Origin: a virus
Lineage: Duplodnaviria > Caudoviricetes
Length of the DNA: 64,000 nucleotides
Direction: 5' to 3' (one strand)
Virus record (IMG/VR): IMGVR_UViG_3300046005_001569
Coordinates: 1,729 to 65,728 of that record
Position 1 is the first letter of the stretch. Each line of letters starts with the position of its first letter. The notes beneath the pieces are model-generated. The model did not search any database. It saw only the letters and a list, made by a program, of their open reading frames with translations, and had not been told where the DNA came from. This document shows, piece after piece, positions 8,893 to 17,131 of the stretch. Position numbers and translations under genes: made by a program.

Positions 8893-9068
8893 GTCGCCAC
8901 CTCTTTGTTCTGTGTCATTGCGTAAAAAAACTTTCCGCGTAGTTTCCACGCGCGTTTTTTGTCGCGTTTTGTGTTTTTTTGGCTCAAATCGTCCAACAAA
9001 AACAAACCCAATGCGCCCAAAATGACGCAAAACAATTTGAGTAAAATCAGTAAATCTTGATGTGACAT
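8889..9068 (-). CDS. Small membrane protein
   Basis: MSHQDLLILLKLFCVILGALGLFLL: one TM segment; RBS GAGGG. Confidence 0.6.
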   Translation of the reverse strand: MSHQDLLILLKLFCVILGALGLFLLDDLSQKNTKRDKKRAWKLRGKFFYAMTQNKEVAT

Positions 9069-9168
9069 AAATAGTCCCTCTAAAAAATGCGCGGTACTTA
9101 AACCGCGCCGAATGTGCCTTGCGGTGCAAGGCGTGCTTACAGGAGAGTAAGACACAACGAGGATTGTG

Positions 9169-9384
9169 TTAGTGCGAAAAGATGCGTTCAAAATCTGCAT
9201 CAAAATCGGTAATTACTTTGCCGTACTCGCTCGGTTTTAATTTGCGAAACGAGAAAACTGCTGTTTGTTTTTCGTGGCGTGCGATGTCATCAATCTGCGC
9301 CATTGCATCAATTAGCGTGTCAGCGACAACGAATTCTGCTGTCATCCCTAACACTGGTACTACTTCAAAAATAAGTGCTGGCAT
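9169..9384 (-). CDS. Hypothetical protein, first gene of the leftward early operon
   Basis: RBS GAGGA; lies downstream of the PL-like promoter. Confidence 0.65.
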   Translation of the reverse strand: MPALIFEVVPVLGMTAEFVVADTLIDAMAQIDDIARHEKQTAVFSFRKLKPSEYGKVITDFDADFERIFSH

Positions 9385-9581
9385 TTTCTTGTCCTCGTAT
9401 TTCTTATTGTTAGTTTTGTTCGCGGCGTGCTTGCCATTGTGATGTACACGCCGCTTATTGGTTTTACGCCTTTAGTAATTCCAATCGGTTTGATTCACTG
9501 GGAAAAGTATTCGTTATGCGGACGTTACTTTTTTAGTGGATAAAACCAATGAACCAACCGATTGAAACTTTCTGCTTTCAT

Positions 9582-9594
9582 GTTTTTAAAGAGC
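9582..9594 (-). promoter_or_regulatory. boxA-like antitermination element GCTCTTTAAAAAC
   Basis: Matches the rrn/P22 boxA core GCTCTTTA, about 30 nt downstream of the PL -10 box. Confidence 0.7.
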
Positions 9595-9621
9595 TTTCGA
9601 GGTTTTGTTTCGATGTGCTAA

Positions 9622-9663
9622 ATTATACCTAAAAGTATATTTTAGTAAATACCTTTTTGTATA
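9622..9663 (-). promoter_or_regulatory. PL-like promoter (TTTACT-N16-TATAAT) overlapped by two operators (9624-9639, 9648-9663)
   Basis: TATAC-CTAAAA-GTATA and AATAC-CTTTTT-GTATA match the OR sites. Confidence 0.8.
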
Positions 9664-9701
9664 TTTGTAATCAATAAAAGCAACCGCCAGAATTAACGGG
9701 C

Positions 9702-9739
9702 AAAAAAAAGCCCCGCAGTTGTTAATTGCAGGGCTTTTT
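9702..9739. terminator. Rho-independent terminator, probably bidirectional, after the repressor gene
   Basis: A-tract, GCCC...GGGC stem, T-tract. Confidence 0.8.
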
Positions 9740-9767
9740 GGGGTTGTCGCCTTTCGAGGGTTTGTTT

Positions 9768-10190
9768 TTATGCGTGGGCGTTTGTGTGTGAATCATAGCG
9801 GCTTTTTAATTCAAAATAGTTTTCCATATTTTCATTTTTAAATTCTTTCGCCGATTCAATTAACCTTTTGCGCTGTTTGGAAGTTAAGTCGCGCAATAAA
9901 TTTAATAAACACAACTCATCAGGAGCAACCTTAACAGTATTCAATCCATCCAAAACAGCATTTTCCACGCCATCACTACTGTCGGCATCAACATCGAGTG
10001 AATGCGTTGCTAATCCTAATTTGCCCTCTATTTTTCGAGCGACCTTTTCCCCTATCGTTTTATGCCCTGTCAATAAATGACTTGCGTAACCAGCAGTAAA
10101 GCCAATAGCGTCGGCTAAATCACATTGCTTTTCATAAGCGTCAGCGATTTTCAATAAATTTTGCCGTCTTATTTCAGATTGAGCGTTCAT
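9768..10190 (-). CDS. CI-like XRE-family repressor without an S24 autocleavage domain
   Basis: IRRQNL...QCDLADAIGFTAGYASHLLTGHKTIGEKVARKIE...LD HTH; divergent from a Cro-like gene; only 140 aa. Confidence 0.85.
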   Translation of the reverse strand: MNAQSEIRRQNLLKIADAYEKQCDLADAIGFTAGYASHLLTGHKTIGEKVARKIEGKLGLATHSLDVDADSSDGVENAVLDGLNTVKVAPDELCLLNLLRDLTSKQRKRLIESAKEFKNENMENYFELKSRYDSHTNAHA

Positions 10191-10194
10191 GCTT

Positions 10195-10297
10195 AAAACC
10201 CCTAAGTATATTTTCCTTCATGGTTCGATTTTATACCTTTTGGTATAAAAATAAACGACTAAAATGGATTGAGAAAAACTATACCTTAAAGTATAGT
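10195..10297 (+). promoter_or_regulatory. OR operators (10195-10210 degenerate, 10232-10247, 10280-10295) and PR promoter TTGAGA-N17-TATAGT (10269-10297)
   Basis: TATAC-N6-GTATA palindromes between the divergent repressor and cro genes. Confidence 0.85.
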
Positions 10298-10317
10298 AAC
10301 AATAGGAGGTTTAACTA

Positions 10318-10560
10318 ATGACTTTAAAAGAATTTTATTCAGCTCTTACACATAAAGAAAAATTAGATTTTGCAGAAAAAATAGGGGCTTCGTATTACTA
10401 CCTAAGTCATCTAGCAAATGGGAATAAGGTGGCTGGAACGAAATATCTAACAGCTATACCAAGAGTAACAAACGGCTTGGTCACAGAAGAAGAATTGCGA
10501 CCTGAGTTACACGGGAAAAAATGGGGCGAAATAACGCCAAAACAATTAAGACCGAATTGA
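10318..10560 (+). CDS. Cro-like (YdaS-type) HTH regulator
   Basis: FAEKIGASYYYLSHLANG...VTNGLVTEEELRPE; RBS AGGAGG. Confidence 0.85.
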   Translation: MTLKEFYSALTHKEKLDFAEKIGASYYYLSHLANGNKVAGTKYLTAIPRVTNGLVTEEELRPELHGKKWGEITPKQLRPN

Positions 10561-10564
10561 GGGG

Positions 10565-10798
10565 ATGGCGCAAATGAGTGATGTGGTAATTTTTTTGTTC
10601 ATTGCTATTAGCTTTGCGCTAGTGCTTTGGAACAATCATTTAGTGTTAGGAATTGAAGGTCTTGAAATGGAAATTTCAATTTTGGAGCTTGAGAAAAGGG
10701 CGGTTGCTTCTGATTTCAGGAATTATCGGTTTGAAGTCGAGAAGGCAGTAAAAAACTTTAATGGCGGTATTTTTAAACTCTCGGACGGTAAGTCTTAG
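10565..10798 (+). CDS. Small protein with N-terminal TM segment and coiled coil
   Basis: VVIFLFIAISFALVLW hydrophobic stretch; occupies the cII position but is not CII-like. Confidence 0.55.
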   Translation: MAQMSDVVIFLFIAISFALVLWNNHLVLGIEGLEMEISILELEKRAVASDFRNYRFEVEKAVKNFNGGIFKLSDGKS

Positions 10799-10802
10799 GG
10801 CA

Positions 10803-10865
10803 ATAAAAAAGCCCGTTGGTGGTTGTGACACCTTCGGGCTGAGAGCAGTTTTTTTAATAAAGCGG
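10803..10865 (-). ncRNA. Putative oop-like short leftward RNA
   Basis: Minus-strand TTTAAT(10898-10893)-N17-TATAAT(10875-10870), followed by an AGCCCG/CGGGCT hairpin and U6 at 10805-10840. Same position as lambda oop, just upstream of the O-like gene. Confidence 0.5.
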
Positions 10866-10899
10866 TGCAATTATAACCGCAAATGAACGAGGATTAAAG

Positions 10900-11826
10900 A
10901 TGAGTTTTCAAGCAATGACATGGGCAGTAGAACAAGAGCTACCAGCTATGCAAAAGATAGTGCTGTTAATGATGGCAAACAGAACAAGCAATGACAACGG
11001 TCTTTGCTTTCCAAGCCATGACAAACTAGCTAAAGATTGCGGCATGGAGAAGCGTTCCGTAATTCGCCAGATTGAAAAGTTAGAATCTGCGAATTTATTA
11101 ACGGTAATCCGCTCGGTTGATGAGCGTGGAATGAAGTCGGTCAATAAATACCGATTGCACCTTGATGTTAAGTATTCTGGTAGTGACACAAAGTCAGTAC
11201 CTAGTGACACAAAGTCAGTACCTAGTGACACAAAGTCAGTACCTAGTGACACAAAGTCAGTAGGGGGTAGTGACACAAAGTCACATAAAACAGTCAATTC
11301 TTTTAACCAGTCAATTAACCAGTCAATTAACCAAGAGAGTGACGCTCCACCCAAACCAGAAATTTTGGCAGAAAAAGAACCCGCTAAAAAATGGGGTTGG
11401 GAAACTGATTTTGATTTTACTTTTGCACTTGCATACTTAGTTTCAAAAAATCGCGTAAGCAAAGATTCAACCGTTGATGGTATCAGCATGGACTTGTGGC
11501 ACAAATGGATGAAATCACGCAAAGCAAATAAAGCCAAGATGACGCAAACGACATTAACAACCTGCTTGCAAGATTTAATCGAAATAAACGAAGCAGGGCT
11601 TGATGCTAACGAAGCCATGATTGAGGCTGTAAAACGCGAATGGAAAAGCCTTGATTTTTGGATAGAGAAAAAGAAAAAAACACCTATTGCCGACAAGAAA
11701 CAACCGCTAACGAAATTTGAAATCCCCGACGCATGGAAAAACGACGAATCTGTTTTGAATGCTGACGCGATTGATTCAACAGTAACGCCAGAACCTAGCC
11801 TTTTCACACTTTGGAAACCAAGATAA
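10900..11826 (+). CDS. Lambda-O-like replication initiator (N-terminal winged HTH) containing the origin
   Basis: MSFQAMTWA...KIVLLMMANR...CFPSHDKLAKDCGMEKRSVIRQIEKLE; internal iterons. Confidence 0.9.
   Translation: MSFQAMTWAVEQELPAMQKIVLLMMANRTSNDNGLCFPSHDKLAKDCGMEKRSVIRQIEKLESANLLTVIRSVDERGMKSVNKYRLHLDVKYSGSDTKSVPSDTKSVPSDTKSVPSDTKSVGGSDTKSHKTVNSFNQSINQSINQESDAPPKPEILAEKEPAKKWGWETDFDFTFALAYLVSKNRVSKDSTVDGISMDLWHKWMKSRKANKAKMTQTTLTTCLQDLIEINEAGLDANEAMIEAVKREWKSLDFWIEKKKKTPIADKKQPLTKFEIPDAWKNDESVLNADAIDSTVTPEPSLFTLWKPR
11181..11334. repeat. Replication origin: five iterons (TAGTGACACAAAGTCA, 21-bp period) followed by 12-bp TTAACCAGTCAA repeats
   Basis: Iterons start at 11181, 11202, 11223, 11244 and 11268, each with an internal TGAC-N5-GTCA dyad. 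AT-rich repeats at 11303-11334. Confidence 0.9.
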
Positions 11827-12635
11827 TGACTAAGCAAGAATTCACAGTATTTGCAAAAATGTGGCAGGGTGTTCATAGCAACATGAACTTCGGCAAAGTG
11901 TACGACCAAGACGGATTGATGTTTGTCTTTGAGATTCTCGAAGAATACCAGCTACAAGCGATTCAACAGGCAGTGAAAGTTTATGCACGCCAAAACAGTA
12001 ACGCCCCTCAGCCTAGCGACATTATCAAACTGCTAAACACTGGCAATACTCGGTTATCTGCGTATGAAGTGTTACCTGAAATGCCGCAGTCCGAAGATGA
12101 TACCGTCGTGTGGACACCAGAAGCGCAACAGGCATGGGGAGAAGCAAGCAAGCTAAAATCACATTACAGCCGCGACAAGTCTTTTGTTGAAGCCTACGAG
12201 CGGCTTTGCAAGGAATCCGAATTACTGAATCGCCCTATCACTTGGTCTGTATCGCTTGGCGAAAATGTATCTGGCAGGCAGTCAGTTTTAGAGGCTGCTT
12301 ATGCCAAAGGGCGCATTACCCTAGTCACGTTACAACATTATTTGCCTGCTCCGAGAAACATAACGATTGAAGGGCAAGCGTTAATAACGGGTAACGTTGA
12401 AAATAAAAAATTGCGGTCTGAGTTTAAAAGCAAGGTATTAGAACTTGTGGCAATGCTCGATAACGCAGACAAAGATGATAAAGCACGTTTGAACGCTGAA
12501 AAACTAGCCAAAGAACAAGCCAAAATCGCGCTAGAGAAAAAAGCGATGGCTTTACTTTCCCCTGACGAACAAAACGCCTTAGAGAGCAACTTTAAGCGTT
12601 ATGAAAATTTACCCGCTGACATGATGGTGCATTGA
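11826..12635 (+). CDS. Putative P-like replication partner/helicase loader
   Basis: TAATG-coupled to the initiator; N-terminal ...LQAIQQAVKVY...APQPSDII motif resembles loader/inhibitor-type domains. Confidence 0.6.
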   Translation: MTKQEFTVFAKMWQGVHSNMNFGKVYDQDGLMFVFEILEEYQLQAIQQAVKVYARQNSNAPQPSDIIKLLNTGNTRLSAYEVLPEMPQSEDDTVVWTPEAQQAWGEASKLKSHYSRDKSFVEAYERLCKESELLNRPITWSVSLGENVSGRQSVLEAAYAKGRITLVTLQHYLPAPRNITIEGQALITGNVENKKLRSEFKSKVLELVAMLDNADKDDKARLNAEKLAKEQAKIALEKKAMALLSPDEQNALESNFKRYENLPADMMVH

Positions 12636-12790
12636 TGAGTGAGTACACCGAACTCGAATTGCTGCTTCACGCCAATGGCATTTTAGATGCCGCGCTTGAG
12701 CAAGCAGACGCGGTAACAATGAAGATGTTTATTCTTGCCGCGCAACACAAACTTGATTTATTGAAAGAGAGCCTAGAGGTATTGGAATGA
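12635..12790 (+). CDS. Small hypothetical protein, 51 aa
   Basis: Translated by hand (MSEYTELELLLHANG...); overlapping stop/start codons on both sides. Confidence 0.6.
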   Translation: MSEYTELELLLHANGILDAALEQADAVTMKMFILAAQHKLDLLKESLEVLE

Positions 12791-12882
12791 GTGTATTTGC
12801 AATGATAGGTGTAGGAATGTACAGCATGATTGTCTTGTCATTCGGCTTTTGGGTTGGATATGAAATAGGAAAAGGAAAATGA
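12787..12882 (+). CDS. 31-aa single-TM peptide
   Basis: MSVFAMIGVGMYSMIVLSFGFWVGYEIGKGK; ATGA overlaps at both ends. Confidence 0.55.
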   Translation: MSVFAMIGVGMYSMIVLSFGFWVGYEIGKGK

Positions 12883-13196
12883 CAACTAAACACACGCCTG
12901 CGCCTTGGTCTTTAGACTTGGGTATAAGAAACGCGGCAATCCTCGATACAAAAGGAAATGAAATTGCATTGGTTGAAGTTGGAATTCATGACGAAGAAAC
13001 CGAGCTTGAATTACAAGCAAACGCAAAACTAATCGCCGCTGCGCCTGATATGTACATCGAACTCGAAAAATGCGCGAAGTTATTACGCAGTTATCAAATC
13101 CATCATTTGCAAAAAGGCGACCGTGAAAAAGCCGACAGAAATCGTCGTCGTGCTGAAAATTGCGAAAAGGTTTTAGCTAAGGCGAGGGGCGAATAA
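12879..13196 (+). CDS. Conserved phage hypothetical protein
   Basis: KHTPAPW...ANAKLIAAAPDM...LAKARGE motif common in phages. Confidence 0.8.
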   Translation: MTTKHTPAPWSLDLGIRNAAILDTKGNEIALVEVGIHDEETELELQANAKLIAAAPDMYIELEKCAKLLRSYQIHHLQKGDREKADRNRRRAENCEKVLAKARGE

Positions 13197-13351
13197 TGCA
13201 GCAACAAGAACACTACGCGCCGATTCCCGAAGAAAGTGACGACGATTACGAGTTTTTGGAACGTGTCGCAATCATGCAATATGACGGCGGATTAACCGAG
13301 CAACAGGCTTGGGACGAAGCGGTTGCAATCTATTCAAGCAAAAAGCTGTGA
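13196..13351 (+). CDS. Small phage protein, 51 aa
   Basis: Translated by hand; FLERVAIMQYDGGLTEQQA matches the common phage ERAAIxEYDGGL motif. Confidence 0.65.
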   Translation: MQQQEHYAPIPEESDDDYEFLERVAIMQYDGGLTEQQAWDEAVAIYSSKKL

Positions 13352-13710
13352 ACAAATACAAAAACAAAAAAACAATCGTTGACGGTATTACATTTCATTC
13401 AAAACTTGAAAGCGACCGTTACGTTTTTTTAAAGCACCTGCAACTAGCGGGTGTGATTGGTGGTCTACAAATGCAGGTGCGATTTTCGATATGCGATAAG
13501 TTTAAGCGCAATAACAAATCCTACCTGCAATCAAGCTACATTGCTGATTTTACTTATGGTGAGGACGGCAAACAGGTCGTAGAAGATGTAAAGGGTTTTT
13601 CAACAGATATTTACGAGCTTAAAAAAAAATTAGTGTTAAAAAAATACCCTGACATCGTTTTTCGAGAAGTTAGGCGTACTGGTAGGAATTGGCAGGTTAC
13701 TGAATTATGA
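13348..13710 (+). CDS. DUF1064-family putative nuclease/resolvase
   Basis: NKYKNKKTIVDGITFHSKLE...YIADFTY...VVEDVKG; start at GTG 13348. Confidence 0.9.
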   Translation: MNKYKNKKTIVDGITFHSKLESDRYVFLKHLQLAGVIGGLQMQVRFSICDKFKRNNKSYLQSSYIADFTYGEDGKQVVEDVKGFSTDIYELKKKLVLKKYPDIVFREVRRTGRNWQVTEL

Positions 13711-14189
13711 GCGAACTTACATCACTAGAAATTATTAGATTCCAAAAACTATGGGATGCTTGTCTTTTGACAAATTTCTTTCTTCATCCCAATTTCAAAA
13801 TACTTGGAATCGCAAAATCATTTATTGAAAGGCACGGGATTGAAATTAGCCAATTTTTAATACTAAAGAGAACGCCATTTATTTTGGGAGATTTTAAAAA
13901 TAGGGCTTCACCAGAAGTATATTGCTTCGTTGCTCGAAATATAAAGCCCCTGTACGACTTAATTGATAAGCGCAATCTTGAAATAGAACACACATTTGAA
14001 ATCATGGAATATCTGAAAGTGTATGAAATTGACACGATTAGCAAAGTTAAAACCGATTTGGATATAAAAAAAATGAAAGCAGAATCAAAGAAATTACATC
14101 GCGCATTAAATGATGTGAGGAACGAATACAGGGAAAAATTCGGGCGAGGCAGTCTTTCAAATATGAGTTTTTTTAAGGCGAAGCGATAA
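13707..14189 (+). CDS. Hypothetical protein
   Basis: AT-rich ORF coupled to its neighbours. Confidence 0.65.
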   Translation: MSELTSLEIIRFQKLWDACLLTNFFLHPNFKILGIAKSFIERHGIEISQFLILKRTPFILGDFKNRASPEVYCFVARNIKPLYDLIDKRNLEIEHTFEIMEYLKVYEIDTISKVKTDLDIKKMKAESKKLHRALNDVRNEYREKFGRGSLSNMSFFKAKR

Positions 14190-14193
14190 AGTT

Positions 14194-14628
14194 ATGAAAT
14201 TTGTCCTGAACGATTCCAAAGTCCGCGCCGCTTGTGTTGAGCATATTTTGAATGTCGATATTTCAAAAAAGCCAATTATGATGGTAATTATTGATAAGTT
14301 TTCAAAACTAAGAACGATTCCGCAAAACAACTATTATTGGGGTGTTGTTCTAAAAACGATTGTAGACGAAAGGGGGCTTGACCAAGATGGCGATGAACAA
14401 TTGCATAACGCTTTTGGCGACGCTTTTTTGGTTATTGAAACAACCGACTTGCACGGATTGTCACTAAAGAAAAAACTTAGCACAACTAAATTACCATCTT
14501 ATCACCGCGACCCATTAAGACCAGAAGTACCTAGCTTTTTTGAATACTGCGAATGGATTTGCCAATATGCAGCAGAAAATATGGCTATCGCAATCCCATT
14601 TCCAAACCAAAAGGATTTTGATGTTTGA
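14194..14628 (+). CDS. NinB/YbcN-like protein
   Basis: RTIPQNNYYWG...LHNAF...STTKL motifs. Confidence 0.7.
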   Translation: MKFVLNDSKVRAACVEHILNVDISKKPIMMVIIDKFSKLRTIPQNNYYWGVVLKTIVDERGLDQDGDEQLHNAFGDAFLVIETTDLHGLSLKKKLSTTKLPSYHRDPLRPEVPSFFEYCEWICQYAAENMAIAIPFPNQKDFDV

Positions 14629-14911
14629 AATTAAAAAGCCTAAATCCTTCCGCAGTGAAAAATACTTAAATTTTGTACGTTCAAAACCGTGTTGCGTTTG
14701 CATGATGCCTGCACCAAATCACGCGCATCATTTGATTGGTATTGGCAACGGCGTTATGGGTTCAAAAGAATGCGACGGATTAACAATTCCACTTTGTCAT
14801 ACACACCACAGCGAGGTTCACCATGACATAAACAAGCACGACCAATTGCAGTTATTTGTAAATTTCATCCGTAACGCATTCAACAATAACGAAATCTTAT
14901 TAAGTAAATAA
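14621..14911 (+). CDS. DUF968-like Zn/His HNH-type protein
   Basis: RSEKYLNFVRSKPCCVC...AHHLIG...IPLCHTHHSEVH; start at ATG 14621. Confidence 0.8.
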   Translation: MFEIKKPKSFRSEKYLNFVRSKPCCVCMMPAPNHAHHLIGIGNGVMGSKECDGLTIPLCHTHHSEVHHDINKHDQLQLFVNFIRNAFNNNEILLSK

Positions 14912-14914
14912 AAA

Positions 14915-15289
14915 ATGTCGAAATCAGAATATATCATTGAGCTTGAACAAGAAGCCGAGCGCACGTTAAAAACGTTGGATTTGGGCGAAGAAAAAACAAG
15001 TCGGCTGGTTCAATCATTCACAAAAAACATACTGACACGCTGGCGCGGGTTAAACATTTATTTCAAATTGTCCGAATTCAATGACAGAACAACCCGCGAC
15101 AAAGCTATCTTGGAAGAACATAAAAGCGGCAAAGGTGCTAGGTTTTTGGCGCAAAAATACGGCGTTTCGCAACAGTTTGTTTATAGACTTATCAGTAAGG
15201 GTTCACCCGATGACGAAGCCTGCACTCCCGAAGCTGCCAGAAAAAAAGCCGACAACTACGATTGGGTTGACCACTTAAATGTTGAATGA
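14915..15289 (+). CDS. Mor/C-family transcription activator (probable late-gene activator)
   Basis: WRGLNIYF...RDKAILEE...LAQKYGVSQQFVYRLI matches the Mu Mor/C family; last gene of the rightward operon, at the lambda Q position. Confidence 0.85.
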   Translation: MSKSEYIIELEQEAERTLKTLDLGEEKTSRLVQSFTKNILTRWRGLNIYFKLSEFNDRTTRDKAILEEHKSGKGARFLAQKYGVSQQFVYRLISKGSPDDEACTPEAARKKADNYDWVDHLNVE

Positions 15290-16450
15290 GGCGTTATAAG
15301 CCTCGCCCAAATCATCTGTAGCAATTGTTAAGAATTGACTGCCTTCAACGTCCATTGTTGATGTATTACAACCAAAACCTGCTGGGATTGAAAAGATACC
15401 CTCTGTGACATTTTGAAAGTCGGGGTATTTACACACACCGCGATTCGTCCAAATTAACGCCGAATTGTCGGGCAATAAACAAATTGGTCGCCCAACAGGC
15501 GTGCCGTAGTTCGCTAAACGTTGTAAAGATTCGCCGTCAAAAACAAAAATGGAACGCATACAGGTAATTAACAAATGTCCCTTTACTGACATGATTGATG
15601 TAATCAAATCAGGAATTTCAATTGCATTTGCTGTTTCAAACAAGTGATAAATGTTTGGCAGGCTAAACGTTATCAATGATGTTTTGTTATCTGTGATTGT
15701 TGCGACGGCGATTTTGCCAGCATGAAATGTCATTGCGGTAATATCTGTAGGAATGCCCGTCACATCGAAATAAATGTCGTCAGCGGGTTCGTTTGTGGTC
15801 GGGTAGTCAGGAATGATGATAACGTTTTCAAACTCACCGATTAGCACCCACGCGCCTGTCCCTTCAAAAAATCCATACAAATTGACGTAATAATCTGCCA
15901 GTGGTGGGACTGTTATTAGCAGGCTTGAATTTTCGTCAACGTCAACGATTTGCGGTGTTGATAACGCGCCGCGCAATCCTGTGGATTTATTGACGTATTG
16001 CGCCGACAACCCGATTTTCATTTTGGGTAATTTGCCGACTTTTAATTCAACCGTTGAATCGCTTACAACAGGAATATCAAGTTCAATAACATCAATGCCG
16101 TTTGCAATACCAATAAAGCGTTGCTCCGATTTCAGGAAAACTAAACTCGATGATTCTTCGCACCAGCGAGCTGTTTCTGTACCAATGCCATCGCAAATAA
16201 GTGTGAATGTCACACCGTCGAATAAGTACACACTGCCATCGTCAACAATGTAAATCGCGCTATTATCGCGTGTGCCATAGCTGCTACTGATTTCACCGCT
16301 CGCAATTTTCACATTGCCCTTGCGTCGAATAATTGTGCCGCTGTTATCAATTAGAATGTTGTCTGCGTGTGTCAATGCGCCTAGCGGCTGACGTTCTTCG
16401 CTTACTGTATTTCGCAAGCCTAAAAATTTCTGAATCTCTATCGGTTGCAT
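15275..16450 (-). CDS. Putative tail nozzle/stabilisation protein (beta-rich)
   Basis: FLGLRN...ADNILIDNSGTIIRRKG N-terminus typical of podovirus nozzle-like proteins. Confidence 0.6.
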   Translation of the reverse strand: MQPIEIQKFLGLRNTVSEERQPLGALTHADNILIDNSGTIIRRKGNVKIASGEISSSYGTRDNSAIYIVDDGSVYLFDGVTFTLICDGIGTETARWCEESSSLVFLKSEQRFIGIANGIDVIELDIPVVSDSTVELKVGKLPKMKIGLSAQYVNKSTGLRGALSTPQIVDVDENSSLLITVPPLADYYVNLYGFFEGTGAWVLIGEFENVIIIPDYPTTNEPADDIYFDVTGIPTDITAMTFHAGKIAVATITDNKTSLITFSLPNIYHLFETANAIEIPDLITSIMSVKGHLLITCMRSIFVFDGESLQRLANYGTPVGRPICLLPDNSALIWTNRGVCKYPDFQNVTEGIFSIPAGFGCNTSTMDVEGSQFLTIATDDLGEAYNASFNI

Positions 16451-17131
16451 TTAGCCGCCCATGTCTATGTAGTAAAAAGCGATTTGATTTGATATTTCAG
16501 GAAAAAAGCTAACTAAGCTGTCCCCGTTGTACGTCCCCGCATATCCACCCTTGATGTAATAAACCATTTTGCTTGACGCGGCATCATAAGCGCAGCTTGA
16601 TTGGCGATGGTTGAATATAGGGCTAGGTTCTAATGACGGTGTGATAAAAATATCCTGCACGATACCAACTATGTAACCCTCGAATCTAAAGCTGACCGAC
16701 CCTGCTGGCGGCTTGGTGAACTTTGCAATCGAGTTGTCGGTTTCGTAACTGTCTGTGAGCATACTAAAAAACGGTAGGTATCTCTCGGATTTTTGCATCC
16801 CTAAATAAAACACCTGTCTTTGCACCTTCTTTTCTTCCCTTCTCAAAAAGTGGTGGTAATCAAACTCAAATACGCTAATAGCCGAAAAATTGCATCGCAA
16901 ATCAACGTAGTCAATGTGGATTGATAGCTGGGATAACACACCCTCGCCTTTGTTAATCAATCCTGCGGAGGGCTTTATGGCGACTTTAAAATTAGAGAGC
17001 TTTGATTCGTGATGAACTTTTTGGCTAATCTCCATTTCGCCATCTTCACTGCAAAGCATTAGTGTAATATCTGATTTTGACCACCCAAACAAGATGGTCT
17101 TGTCCGACATATCGCTTTTTATTGATAGCAT
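16451..17131 (-). CDS. Hypothetical late protein
   Basis: TAATG coupling at 17131 with an AGGAGG RBS. Confidence 0.65.
   Translation of the reverse strand: MLSIKSDMSDKTILFGWSKSDITLMLCSEDGEMEISQKVHHESKLSNFKVAIKPSAGLINKGEGVLSQLSIHIDYVDLRCNFSAISVFEFDYHHFLRREEKKVQRQVFYLGMQKSERYLPFFSMLTDSYETDNSIAKFTKPPAGSVSFRFEGYIVGIVQDIFITPSLEPSPIFNHRQSSCAYDAASSKMVYYIKGGYAGTYNGDSLVSFFPEISNQIAFYYIDMGG

Noticed and set aside
9457-9564. HDV-like ribozyme in the PL leader
   Set aside because: The pairing order is similar, but the inner stem is far longer than an HDV P3 and I could not find the P1.1 or catalytic-C pattern.
11181-11284. 21-bp tandem repeats as a CRISPR array
   Set aside because: No spacers; in-frame within an O-like gene; typical iterons.
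10908-11909. 333-aa antisense ORF over the replication initiator
   Set aside because: Shadow of the real gene; its repeats are just the iterons read backwards.
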